Of a DNA stretch of 64,000 bases, positions 45,695-58,465 are shown piece by piece. The notes below the pieces were generated by a model. That model searched no databases. It was not told the origin of the DNA and was given only the letters and a program-made list of their open reading frames with translations. Both the position numbers and the translations under genes were made by a program. The stretch's first letter is position 1; each line of letters opens with the position of its first letter. The DNA is taken from NCBI GenBank assembly GCA_040437565.1, contig JBDOQK010000034.1, forward strand, positions 124,001 to 188,000, read 5' to 3'. This DNA comes from Albugo candida (taxonomy: Eukaryota).

Positions 45695-46746
45695 TTATAG
45701 CTTGGAAAGCATACTGACGATTTCCTCATTGATTGTACCATCTTCTTCAGTCTCAGTTGATATCCTCAGAGCTTTTTCGGCCCACTCTTTCGCTTTATTG
45801 CGGTCGTTTTGCTTCATGTACACTTGTGCGATCAGATACGCATTCTTCTTCCACGTTCCTGGAGAAATTTCCTCACACTTGAGCAGATACTCTAGGGCTT
45901 CCTGGTACGAGGATTCTGGTGGAGTGCCAAACAAGAGAGCTGCTGTTTTACGTTCAAGCCAAGACAAATCCGCAATCGCCATGCACCCTACAAAAACATC
46001 AGCACTCGTGCTACATCCGCTTGACTGCTTACATCTTCCCAACAGGTGGTACGTTGTTGAGCGATTCGGATCAAGCTGTAGTGATTTCTCCCAGTGCTTT
46101 TTGATTTTATACGAATTGGCAATCGATGATTTAGAGCCTTCATAATCTCCGACAGAAGACAAGATGATCCCGTACCTTGCAAAGCAAGCCTTAACGATCC
46201 GTTACATCGAAATAACTGAAACATACCAGTTATGAACTTGGGGATTGTCATCTGCGAGTTCGACGGCTTTCTCAATGATTCCTTTGGCAAAGTACAAGAG
46301 TTCTTTGCGCTCTTCCGATGATGTCGCTTTTAAATTTGCGACGTCATAAGATGCACGAGAAAGTCTCCAAGCTATGCCGATATCCTCAGGATGCTTTTTG
46401 TTTTGCGTTTGTAAGAATTGTAGCAAATCATATCGACTGAATGTTTTGTCATTATACATTTCTTCTGCTTCAATGGATACCGCGGATTCGATCGGGAGAT
46501 TCGAAGCGCATGTAACAGTGCTCATCATAATTCCTGCACCAGTCGTTGAGTATATTTGAATGCGCATTGTAGTAAATCGGCTTTTAGCGTTATCATGCGG
46601 CCGTTTATAGCGTGGGAGAGCTCTCCAAAAACTGGGAATCGCATACTTTGACAATGTTAAAGAACCTATGTACAACAAACGTATCTATCAACGGTCAGAT
46701 CACAAGTAGAAGACGCAGCAATCTAACGTGTAAGAAGAGAAAACAT
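45695..46746 (-). CDS. RMDN1: Regulator of microtubule dynamics (RMDN/FAM82) TPR-like protein
   Basis: IAWRLSRASYD, VHNW|YGIILS, IKKHWEKS, LLGRWC, LSWLERKTAALLFGTPP. The inferred first exon MFSLLT|RSLTL resembles a transit peptide. Confidence 0.88.
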
Positions 46747-47026
46747 AGTTTAGAAAATTGGTCTGCGACAAAAATGTTCGATTGGTGATAAATAGCAGTA
46801 AGCGCCTAGCCAGCCGAACATTCATTTTCAGCAATAATCCGAGCAAATGAGCAACAAACTCGTCCTCACAGAGACAAATGACATCCATAAAAGGTCGTCT
46901 CATGTCAAAAGCTTTGGTTATATTCCTACAGTTTTCTATAAATCGACGGCAAAGGAAAGAAATCTTCGCATCATTCTGCGTTAGATTCCAAAATCCAAGA
47001 ATTGTGAGATACGGTACGCTCACAAA

Positions 47027-50000
47027 ATGATCAAAAAGAGAATGCTTGTATCCTGGTCGCCTCATGAGCCGTCTGTTTTCGCCGTTGGAGATGATAATAT
47101 ACGAATCTGTGAAACAGAAACGACACCGACTGCTCCGACTTTAGTCAGTGACAGTCACTTTGCATTTTTTCCGGAAAGAGATGAAAATTCAAATGACTTT
47201 GTTACTGCATCTTCACGAGTTCCTACTTCTTCTATTGTCAAAACAACGCAACGAAATCGAGCATTTCGCTTGCTGAAACTCAATGCGCAAGTAAATCACG
47301 TTAAATGCCTCGAATGGTATCCTGTATCCGTCAAACCGATGCTTATAGCGGCAGGCTTATCGGCTTGGAAATCGTTTAAACGATTTTCAAGGACCACAGG
47401 TGCAGACATTATGCGAGTTGACCCCTAAATACGCCAGACCATGCAACTCCATTGCCTGGAACCCTTTAATAACGCATCAAATCGCCGGAGGATTCGATAA
47501 AGTACGCGGAGATTTCTGTACGCTTGTTTGGGACTTGCATCGAAATGGCGATCTAATGACCAAATTCGGATCTTCCGCGTCCATGGAGCCAAATTGTCCG
47601 TCTTTTGCACGCGTAGACACTGGCAATCCGACTGCTAACGCGCTACTAACAGGTCTGCGCACGAACAGCGATATTGCAAGCGGTATCAAATCGTCCAATT
47701 TGACGGGTACCACCACTCCAAACGGAATGAATGTAAACACATTTTCGTCGAAAAAAAAATTGAGCCCATTTGGCACTGAAAATAGCAACCGATCGGGCGA
47801 TTTGATCGATTTCAATAAACCGAGTCACGAGCTGGCGAATTCGGAAGCGACAGTAGCAGTCTCGTGGGTCCCGCTTGAGCCTTCCCTTTTGGTCACAGGG
47901 ACCGGTTTCAAATGGCTTCGATTGTACGATTTGAGGATGCAAACGCACATGGCGCCTCTGAGTGTTGTGGCGCATACAAAAGCGGTATTTGGCGTCACAT
48001 TTGATCCCCAACGCCCTCATTTATTAGCGACGTACTCGGACGGGTTACAGGAATGCATCAAAGTGTGGGATATTCGTCGAATCGATGGAACGACCAGCCC
48101 TTTGGTATCCATCCAGCCATCAAGTCGCAATATCTCTCATATCGCATGGTGTCCGGCTCGCGCGTGTACGCTTGTGAGCTCCTCTTCAGATGAGAAATAT
48201 ATTTCGTTTTGGGACATTAATGGCTCATTGTCATCGGAATCTCTGACAGTATCCAATACGGAAAAAGCGACAACCGATACCGTCAAAATTCTCAAGAAAC
48301 CGTTTAAACGCCGATACACTTGCAAACCTGTGGCATCGTTCTCGTGGCAAAAGTCTCAGAGAAAAGCTTTTGAAGCGAATTCGACCAATGCTTTGGATTT
48401 ATCGATTGCTGCATTTCCGGATCGTATTTTGATCGCTTCCGTGTCGGGGGAAATCGATTACATCTCCGTGCAGGACAGCATGCCACTCACACTATCACCA
48501 CTCAATACGCTTGCATTCAGCTCTGGGCAAGTGCTTTTCGGGGATTCTTTGCTGGAATCGGATTTTCACAAGCCAGACAGCACAGTAGCGTCTCAGGATG
48601 TCTCGGAGGAGATATATCGAATGGCAAAACAAGGCTATTCGACAGCAATTGGGAACAATTTGGAGCTTTTGAACAAACATTTCAATAGTGCGAAATCGGA
48701 TTTTGCTTTGCGACAGAATTTTCAAAGCTCCAAAATGCGATATCAAGAGCTCGGGAATGTGTGGAAATGGATACAACAGGTTGAGATGCTCAGAAACGAT
48801 CAAGTCTCCCGACTTTCAGAGCCGATTGACGAAAGTGTGCAAGGCCAATCCTTACGAAAAATCCAATGGCCAATTAATCCCAATATTCTCGAACATATTG
48901 GCGTTCGGAATTTGCTGAGTGTACAAGCGGAGACATTTGTATTGGGCCGAGAAAACACTTTTGACGCCGGTGCGTTTTCGCTTCCTGAAAGCACTTTGCT
49001 TGTGGATCCCGTGTTAGGATGCACATACCACGAGTCATTGGGTCGAAAAATGGCTTTGTTAGCGTGTCATTGGGATCCAGAAATGAGTTTCTCGTCGATT
49101 AAGGATACGAATGAAGTCGGCTATAATGGGAATGCTCTCCCTTACAATTCCAACATGTTGACGATCCAGGATGTCGTCGACGATACGTCAAAGGATCAAG
49201 CTCATTCATACAAGAGCGCTTTTACGTACGAAACGGAGGCGGAATGTTCTCGTGCGGCTGCCATTGCGGCATTCCACGGAGACTTGAATAGCAGTATTTT
49301 GTATCTCCAAAAAGCAGCCAAATTGAGCGTACAACAAGCGTCAGCTTCTTTACAACATCGAGACACGTATCCAGTATTCTCAGCCGATATCTATCAGCTG
49401 GTAGCAATGGCTGTCGCCGGATATTCTTCTGACAGTACTCTATCGAAAAAGCCCAATGCCCAAACTTCACTGTGGATGAATATGTGCCAACAACTATTAA
49501 AACGAAGTGAGATATCGTCTCCGATCCGACCGCGTTATTTACACGCGCTTCTGACGTTCCTTTGTGCTTGTTCGGTGTCTGTTATTGCGAGGAATCAGAA
49601 TCGAGGCTTCATGTCTTCAGCAAACCTGCGTCAGGGAATGTCAATAAATCAACGGAGGCGTTCATGGGGGAGCACGGAAGGATTAATGAACGCGACGTCG
49701 AAAGGCGATGGGAACGAAAATTCAATCGCTTGTTTTGTATCGATTCTGAACGATGTCACATTATTCTTGAGCGATCGTATTGCTTTCGCCTGTCGATTTC
49801 TACCAGCAGAAGAGCTCGGGGCCTTTATCAGATACAGTGAGACAGAGTACACACAGAAAGGATACCTCGAAGGTCTCATTATTACCGGAATGGATGTGAA
49901 AGGACTGGAATTGATGCAAACGTACTTGGACAGAACCAGCGATATCCAGACAGTAGCGCTACTGGTGGCGCGCTTACCATCCAAATACGCCACTTACTCG

Positions 50001-51131
50001 CGATTACAAAGCCAGTGGATTGCTCAGTATCAAGACCTCCTGAATCATCTTCGTTTATTCCATGAACGAGCTCGATTCGATGTCGGTCGATCCCAATTAC
50101 AAGCGTATATGAACGGAGTGTCCAATTTGCTTCACGAATCAACAGCCCCATTGACATTGGAGCCGTCTTCCGCAACGGTACCTCCACATCTCTACGTACG
50201 CTGCAATTATTGCAATGCATCATTATCTCTCGCGAGTTTACTTCGACTTGGTGGATCACATTCATCGTGGCTCAATCGTGCAAAACCAAAGCTATCGTGC
50301 TGTCCGAGCTGTCGAAAGCCTCTTCCACGATGTTCTTTGTGTCTTTTACCGTTTGGCTGCCTGAATCCGTACTTTGAAATTGCACGTCGACGCTCCAAAC
50401 AACTCGCAGAAAATGTCAGTAGCGTGGTCACTCACTCTCTATCGGCCAGCGGGATACCACAAGAAATATCCACCGGATTCAATGCTCAACCCGCATCCAA
50501 TATCGTGGGGCAAAGTGTCATTCCCGAATCGGATCTCGCAAGCAAAAATGGAGAAAATATGGCTCAATTAGCGAGTATCCCGTTTGTCGAATGGTTTACG
50601 TGGTGTCAAACGTGTAAGCATGGTGGACATTCGCATCATCTCGCAGACTGGTTTGAATGTCACGCGATCTGTCCCGTCACAGACTGCCAATGTCAGTGCA
50701 GAGAGCTCGATCAGCCGCTTCTCTCATCCAGCATGGACGATCTTCCCAAGTCAGAAACAGATCGAAACAGCAATCCAACGAGTCCGGATCCAGTAAAGCC
50801 TTATAAAGCCCGAGGAGAGAAGCATTCGATCGCTGCATTAGCGGACACAACTCGTCATCCTCAATCACACAATCTACCTCGAAAAAGTACGCAGGACGAA
50901 CGCACCTCATCGACCTTTTCATCGTTTCGAGCAGACGCCAAAGTACCCGCTGCGATGAACTCCATTCCGGAAATGAGGATGAGCATGAAACGAGCGGCAT
51001 CACATTACGTTCCGTCAGAGTCACAGGCTTTATTTTCAGACATTGTGCTCAATTCGAGTCAATCGACGCAACGGTTATCGGCACTTTCTCTGAATGAAGC
51101 GATATCTCGAGACAAACGATCCGGCAAGTAG
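47027..51131 (+). CDS. MIOS: GATOR2 subunit MIOS/Sea4 (WD40 + C-terminal Zn domain), with a frame break near 47365-47381
   Basis: RPCNSIAWNP, HTKAVFGVTFDP, DRIAFACRFL, YLDRTSDIQT, LPRCSLCL, FTWCQTCKHGGH, CPVTDCQCQC. Confidence 0.93.
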
Positions 51132-51145
51132 CAATACAGAAGCAT

Positions 51146-51589
51146 TCAAAGTTTTTGGTTAGGAGAGAAATCTTCCTGTAATCCGAGCGTGGAGACTCGT
51201 CGAGCAATATCTTCAAAAACCTCGTGTTCGGATGTCCCAAGCAATCGAATCGCTTTGTCGCGTACCATTTGCTCGCAAGTGAATCCAAAGACAAATTCAG
51301 GTTTTGTGGTTTTCTTCCGTCTATACATTCCCGTTAGTTTTCGGAGTTCTTTCTCGCGAAATATATCCAAATCGCAGACGCCGAGTTTCTTCATTCCTTT
51401 TTCTTTCTCTAATAATTCGATATCGACACCGAGACGACCCAAAGCACGAGTGTTGGTCTTTGTGGCGGGAGTTCGTATGACATTCATTCTGGTCGGTTTG
51501 ACTTGAATGACGCGATGTGGAGCATTGAAAGACAGCGTCTGGACTGGAACTGATACATTTGAAGTCGATTTGGTCATTGTGTCGGCCAT
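51146..51589 (-). CDS. Hypothetical 147-aa protein with repeated basic-xx-LG motifs
   Basis: ATG-initiated ORF filling the gap between genes. RALGRLGV, KGMKKLGV, KAIRLLGT, RVSTLGL. Confidence 0.65.
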   Translation of the reverse strand: MADTMTKSTSNVSVPVQTLSFNAPHRVIQVKPTRMNVIRTPATKTNTRALGRLGVDIELLEKEKGMKKLGVCDLDIFREKELRKLTGMYRRKKTTKPEFVFGFTCEQMVRDKAIRLLGTSEHEVFEDIARRVSTLGLQEDFSPNQKL

Positions 51590-51891
51590 CCGACTTGAAC
51601 TTTCTGTGCTCTGTTCTCGTTATAAAAATGCGTTCAGCTCATATTCCTGAAGTTATTATCGTATCTGACAAACAACGAACGTCGTTACATCCATAAATAG
51701 CTCGGTTTCGGTCGGATAGCTCTCCTTCGCGCATTAACGGCGATGCAACATGTGCGAGAATCGATGATTTTAGACTGATTTTTAGTTGACAGCAGCGATT
51801 AAAAAGGTTGTTTGAATGTCGCATATCGTTTATTGAAAATTTCTGAATCAAAAAGTATTGCCAAATGGCGCAATTATTTGACTCTATAGCA

Positions 51892-53307
51892 TCACTCTAC
51901 CTTCGTTTCAGATTCATCGGTTGCGAACGTTTTCCCTTTTTTGACAACAGGAAGTATGTTGATAGATTTCGTCTCAGAGGACGAGTGCATAGATCCGATA
52001 GTCGCGTTCGATGAGCCTTCAAAGCCAATTGTTGTTGTTCCAATCGTTTTTTCTGTAACAGTGTCTAGATCCCAACCAAAGCCCTCGCGAATTCCATCCA
52101 CTTTTTCCTTCAGTTCTACATATATCTCAACATGTTCAAGCAGTTTGGTCTCGTCTGCTGAGAATTCTCTCTTCAGAAGCGCCAAAAAGTCTTGCCTAAC
52201 TGAAGCCATCGTGTGCTTGATAAAGAGAAGTTCCAAGTCGGGGTCTTGACGCTGCTTTCGTTTACCCTTACCATGTGCACTTGACTCATGTTTCATACTG
52301 GTTGCATCAGTGTTATACCGCGGAATGCGGTCTTCAACAAATGACATGATTTTCGGACAGCATTTTCCCGCAAGCCGATGTATATTTTCAGCCATCACAC
52401 GTCCTGCCAATACGTAATACCTGAGACCTTCTTCCTCTAGCCTTTGACGACTAAGCGAGCTTCCCACATTTGCTGGGTCTTTTGGCTCCGTTTCTTCATC
52501 GAGCGGTGCTTCAGTACTGGTAGCACCTTGATCCAACTGCACTTCTGGCTGAGAGGGATCTTGATATATACACGAGATCGCAAGACAGCAATACAAATCA
52601 GCGAGGGGTGTTGTGTCAGAATCACGAGTGATCTTTAGTATCTTCTTATTCAAGACAAGACTGTTCTCGTAATCTTGTTTTGCCCGAGAAAAATTTTCTG
52701 ATTCCATACTCAGATCCCCAAGGCGCATATACACTCTAGCAAGCTCCTTTTCGATTGAAAGATCCTCTGGATGACGAGCGTAAATCACACGAGCGACTTC
52801 AAGCATTTCCCATGCAAGCTCTAAATCATCTTTGGCTACATTTTCTTCATTGGGGGTTTCTTGCACTTCATTTTTGCATTGCGTTTCCTTCTCTTCTTGT
52901 CCCTGCGCGGATCGCTTGTCCCCAGGATCTTTCTCGGAGCCATCCAACGCATTGCCAAAGACATTTGCTGTGCCCTATATCTTCTCATCAGAAAAGGCGT
53001 ACTCAAAGCTCATGTGTATATACCTCTGCCAATGACAATAACGCATTTCCGTACTCGTAATAGATTGGTGCCAATTCCAGCGCCTCCGAGGTCTGTTTAA
53101 GTTCGATTCTATACAACATCCGGGCCATTAGTTTAGAAGCAGTAAAAGCAGCTTTTCGTACTTTGTTTTGAGCAGATCTTCAAATATGCTCACTGCCGCC
53201 TCGTAGTCATGCTCTTTCAGCAAAGACAATCCACGCTGGAAACGCGGATCTTGCTTCGCTGCCTTGATAATTATATCGGTCCGAGACACTTTTTCACCTT
53301 CTTTCAT
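51892..53307 (-). CDS. NASP: Histone chaperone NASP/Sim3 (SHNi-TPR)
   Basis: Spliced LAPIYYEYGNALL, DDLELAWEMLEVARVIY, RLGDLSMESENFSRAKQDY, TTTIGF. Confidence 0.88.
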
Positions 53308-53473
53308 ATAAACCGCGTCNNNNNNNNNNNNNNNNNNNNNNNNNNNNNNNNNNNNNNNNNNNNNNNNNNNNNNNNNNNNNNNNNNNNNNNNNNNNNNNNN
53401 NNNNNNNNNNNNNNNNNNNGATAATTATATCGGTCCGAGACACTTTTTCACCTTCTTTCATATAAACCGCGTC
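53266..53473. repeat. Direct repeat 53266-53319 / 53420-53473 across a 100-N gap
   Basis: gataattatatc...ccgcgtc occurs on both sides of the gap. Confidence 0.9.
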
Positions 53474-53619
53474 TATTGTGCAGGGTACGGTGCTCGATAC
53501 CAAGCAAGCAAATTCGACAAGATCGGAATGGATGGAAAAGACTTCATCTTTAATATGGATTTAAAGTCGACATGAAACTGGCAACAAAAACTACGATACC
53601 GATCTTAGATTTCTAGAAA

Positions 53620-54292
53620 TCAGATGATGCATGGTTTCCCTGGTGCACCTGCTGGGACAGGTGGGCTGCCCCCTACCTCATCGGGGCAGAAAGTAATAGT
53701 GATAATTGCAGGAGCATCAACAGCAGTAGTGGCAGTATCCTGATGTGGAGATGAATAAAATGCCTCGCAGTGAAAGGGGTCAGAGCATTTACGATCTGGG
53801 ATCCGCTGCCCGGTCCTCAAACTCATAGCTGAAATTTGCATTCCGACATTGAATCCTACCCCACCACAGTCGGTCGCGTCAGTGCAATCCTTTGACGTCA
53901 GCGTGGGCGCTATGATACTGCCGTCAAAAAACACCATTGAGTTGATTTTGTTTTCACCTTCGCATGTGGAAAACTCAAAAACTACACAAAAATTGTATGA
54001 GAAAGTGCTGATTGCATATAAAACTAGAGACCGTACGCGTAGCTTCGAGACTTGTACCAGCGCGGACATTTCCGTGTTCGCACACTTCATTTGACACATT
54101 ATACACGTATTGCTCGAACGGTTGTAAATCTTTCAATTCATGGTCTCCTTGGTCGTTGATCCGAGCAATCAGACTTAACTCATTCTTGCAATTGTTTGTG
54201 AATGTAAATTGGGTCCCTTTATATTCATTGTCTGTTCCTGACACTCCAACGAGTACACTCAAAATCGCTACGCTCACGACGCCATGAAGCAT
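53620..54292 (-). CDS. Small secreted thaumatin-like protein; 2 exons
   Basis: Signal peptide, FTFTNNC, spliced EATLFEFS, GFNVGMQI, CEAFYS, ITITFCP. Confidence 0.78.
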
Positions 54293-54558
54293 ATTTGCTA
54301 ATGATTAGTTACAGAAGCGGCAAAGAGGTACTCTATGCATTTAACTTTTTATAAGTTGTAAAGGAGAGATTCTGTCGCAACTTTTGTATGCATGTACATC
54401 ATACATTTTCTTCAACACAATCACGTAAATTCTACCAGATGGTCGCATAGGTGTCATCGCGCTCTATATAGAATCCGCATAGTGCCATAGAGCTCATAAA
54501 CTTCAGTCAAAAAGTGCTATTGCATACAAAAAATAAGTATAAGAGACTCTATACCAAG

Positions 54559-56213
54559 ATGAGCACGATCATGCAGCTGAAGGCAGCAAATCAGAGTCGC
54601 TTAACGGTAACGTATTGCAAATATCTGAGCGGGATTTGTCCCTTCCATTCTCTTACGCGTAAGATGTGCAGGAGGAGAAGAAAATGATAGATCGCAGGCG
54701 CAATATTCTGATTCTTATCGCACAATTTTGTACAGAATATGGCTATCTCCAAACCGCTGAAAAACTCCAGCAGGAAGGCGGAATTGCGTTCTCTAAATTC
54801 CATGTGGTTGAGAATATAAATCTGATGAGAATCGTTCAGGTGAATACGAGCAAACCGAGAAAGAATGGATGCAAATTGCCATTTGAATCGTAGGAATTCG
54901 AAGAGTATGAAGAATTGAAGTTTGGGAAACGACCAAAATTAGTCCGAAAACTCTCCACAGAAGAACAAGACAAATGCAAATCGTTTGCCGGTAAACGTGC
55001 AGCCCGAAACAGATATTCTTCTCCGCAAATGGCGTCTGAAGCACATGTGGAGAATAGCGTAGCGTTCAAATCACTAAGTCATTTGGATAGTACCAACACT
55101 CATAATGTGACGCAGCTTCCAACCGCGGTCAAAAATGAAAGTACAGCATTAGAATTAGTCGGTCATAAGCCAAGTAAACATACGGGTCATTCTCTGAATA
55201 ATACCAGTGTAGGAGAAGGATACGATAGCGCAGAGGATCGATTGCGAAAACCTCTGCCGGTGCTTTTACATGACTCGGACTTGAGACCGCTCGCAGAAAC
55301 GATTTCACGAGAGATTTTTCAGCAAAATCCCAATGTAAAGTGGAACGATGTTATCGGATTGGAGGAGACGAAACGATTGCTTAAAGAAGCTGTAGTTATG
55401 CCATTACGATACCCTCTAATCTTCCAAGGCTTATTGTCTCCGTGGAGTGGAATCCTGCTGTATGGGCCACCGGGAAATGGAAAGACAATGTTAGCGAAAG
55501 CTGTAGCGACAGAATGTAAAACAACGTTTTTTAACATCTCAGCGTCCTCGATTGTAAGCAAATACCGCGGAGACTCGGAGAAATTGATTCGAATCCTCTT
55601 TGAGCTTGCGCGATATCACGCGCCCTCGACCATATTTTTGGATGAAGTCGACTCGATCATGGGACAGCGCGATTCGAGCGGATCGGGAGGTCAAGAGCAC
55701 GAGGCAAGTCGACGCATGAAAACAGAACTGTTGATTCAGATGGACGGGCTGTCAAAAAGTAGTGAGGTCGTCTTTGTGTTGGCTGCGAGTAATTTGCCAT
55801 GGGAATTAGATATGGCGATGTTACGTCGTTTGGAGAAGCGTGTGCTGGTTGATGTTCCTTCGGCTGACGCAAGACGAGCTCATCTCGAATCGTTACTGGA
55901 GCCATACGTCCCAACCACATTTGATTTCGAAGAAGGCGTCAGTAAGACAGAAGGGTATTCTGGTGCCGATCTCAAGCTAGTGGCCAAAGAGGCTTGTATG
56001 GCTCCAGTTAGACGGCTCCTTAAAAAGTTGGAAGAAACCGAATGTGATTCGAGTCAAGTTGGCGCATTGGAACAAGTACATGAATCGTGGCAAGATCTGG
56101 TTGGTTTCGTTGAGCCAGAGGACTTTACAAAAGCGCTAGAGAAATCCAAACCATCGACACAACATTTTGTGAAAAAATATCAACATTGGCAAGGAAAATT
56201 CGGCTCCATCTAA
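54559..56213 (+). CDS. KATNAL2: Katanin p60 ATPase-containing subunit A-like 2 (LisH + AAA)
   Basis: RRRNILILIAQF (LisH), EFEEYEELKFGKRPKL, LSPWSGILLYGPPGNGKT, SRRMKTELLIQMDG, AASNLPWELD. Confidence 0.93.
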
Positions 56214-56354
56214 AGGGAAATAAATGCGATTGCTTCGTTGACTATTGCTCGATAGTAATTTCTATCGTCCATCTGAAGCTTTGTTGCGCGTGGAACCGTC
56301 TGCTTCACAACAATACGAGCATTGATTGACGCTACGTTGATCAACACCTCCATT

Positions 56355-57981
56355 TCAGATACACTCCCAAACGTTTATGACCTTATCAATGCCTCCAGAA
56401 ATGAGTAAAGGGAGTGTTGGATGAATATCCAAACAGGTGACAAAATGAGTATGCGCGTCGGACAATGTTCTCACACAACGGCCAGTCTACAGAATCAGTG
56501 AGATGTGATCAATACGAGCATTCAACACTTGCCTCGATATCGAAAACGCGAACACTTTTATCTTCCGCAGCACTGATGACGTACTTGCCGCTTGGGTGGA
56601 AGCGTACCATTCGCACCCAGTTTTCATGTTGCGTAAAGTTCATGAGCAGCACACCGCTAAGCGCTTCCCACAATCGAACTGTACGATCTCGTGACCCCGA
56701 AAGCAGATAGCGAAGCTTTTTTGCTACCTCAGCATGGTCCAAGTGCATTCCATTTTCACCTGCGCCTCCACTTTTTGAATCTGCGAGATTCAGCATAGCG
56801 GCTGGAGAGTTCGCAAAACCAGCTAAGCCTGATTTCCTCGATACCGCTTTCTCAGTGCCTCGATGCTCCACCACATTTCTAGAGAATGTAATACTTTCAA
56901 TGACATGCTCATGCTCCCGAATAGTTTGAATTGGTCTAAATGTCTGCAGGTCCCAAATCACAATGCTTTTATCATTACCGCAAGATGCCAGCACTTGACT
57001 ATCGTCAGTAAGCGCGATATCACGAATCCAATCCGTGTGCCCGTTCAAAAGCGTTTTTGTGCAGTAACCAGTCGAGATATCCCATAGTTTAATATGCTGA
57101 TCGCGAGAACACGTGAAAATCCGCTCACTTTGAATTGTGTCGAAAATGACACAAGAGACATTATGATCATGACCTCGAAGCGTCCGTATGCATTCGTAAT
57201 TCCCTTCTGCTGCGAAATTCCACAACTTGATAGTCAAATCACTCGCTGTCGATGCTAACAATGTTCCCGTTGTATTGAATGCGGCTGATTGAACGGAATT
57301 TGTGTGCCCTTTGAGTGTTCGCTCGTATTCTCCAATCTCAAAATCCCATACTTTTAAGGTCGCATCTTCGCTCCCGGAAACTATAACGCTAAAGACGGGA
57401 TGGAAAACCACACACTGCAAAAAAAACCCATCAATCACTGCTACCCGAGTCGATAGAGCACGCACCGTGATCGGACTTCGATGTCCTGATAGCTCGAATT
57501 TTCGAGGCGCACGCGGTAAACACGCTGAACGATGGGCTCCCACAACGTCACGGCGACTGATCACATTGCCCAATTTCGCTGCTTCTTCCATTTGGTGCAC
57601 TTTTGCCTCCAACTCCAAAACTTTTTTTTGCAAGCGAAGCACCGATGTCCATTTTTTTTCGAGCAATCCAGCGTGTGTTCCTAATGTATCTCACTGACTG
57701 AGAATTTCGTGTGCAAAAAACACGAGCGATAACGCACCGTCTGCTGATCGAAGAATATTTGCTTCGCGTTCAAATGCGGTGGAGGTATCTGCAAATCGTT
57801 CGCCCATGCCAATGAGATAATCCAAAATGGACTGATGCCTTAAATATACACAGAGCGGATCTTTGATCAGAAAAAAAGCAATTAATGATTTTCTATAGAT
57901 ATTTAATAGAAAAGAAACGATTCTATGGAGTAGTTAGCTATTCACATACAAATCTTGCTGCTGTTTATCGGTCAGCACCAT
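56355..57981 (-). CDS. LIS1: Lissencephaly-1 homolog (LisH, coiled coil, 7 WD40)
   Basis: [71 protein letters not shown]. Confidence 0.96.
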
Positions 57982-58153
57982 CGCTTCCAATTCCAAATTT
58001 ACAGTTTATGTTTATCGGAGAGTACATCGGAGGCGCACCTTGAATTCGATGCTTAAGTACGAGATGGTCAGGGCGGTTTCGATGCTTCAAGTTAAATACG
58101 TATATTGAAGATACTGCTCACTAGGAATTTAAGTTGCATCATTTGGTAGCAGT

Positions 58154-58465
58154 TTATAATGAGGCTATTTTAGTTGAGGTGTCATTGGTATCATGCATAT
58201 TTGCGCATAGTTGAACGATGTTTTTAGGCTTGTTTTCATTGGATTTTGATGTACAATGTGATGGAAGTTTTATGACACATTGTATGGCGATGCAAATCGC
58301 TGCGTAGAGCACAGTTGCGAAAAGACAATTGTAAGAGGCGGTATAGGAGCTGGTTTTGAAGCCGTGCATGAAGCCGGATTGCAAGTACAGAATTAATGCA
58401 ATAACTGGTAGAAAACAGACGCCAGCGACCGACAGAAGAAATATCAGTCGGACACACTCCATCAT
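58154..58465 (-). CDS. RNase kappa / V-ATPase subunit f-like small two-TM protein
   Basis: Two hydrophobic helices. LSVAGVCFL and ASYNCLFATVLY resemble the RNASEK motifs LSAWGVIML and VSYNCFIAAGLY as I recall them. Confidence 0.65.
   Translation of the reverse strand: MMECVRLIFLLSVAGVCFLPVIALILYLQSGFMHGFKTSSYTASYNCLFATVLYAAICIAIQCVIKLPSHCTSKSNENKPKNIVQLCANMHDTNDTSTKIASL

Noticed and set aside
47375-47381. TTTAAAC as a viral-type -1 slippery heptamer in MIOS
   Set aside because: The phase is wrong. The upstream frame already reads TTT AAA and a +1 shift is needed, so a homopolymer error is simpler.
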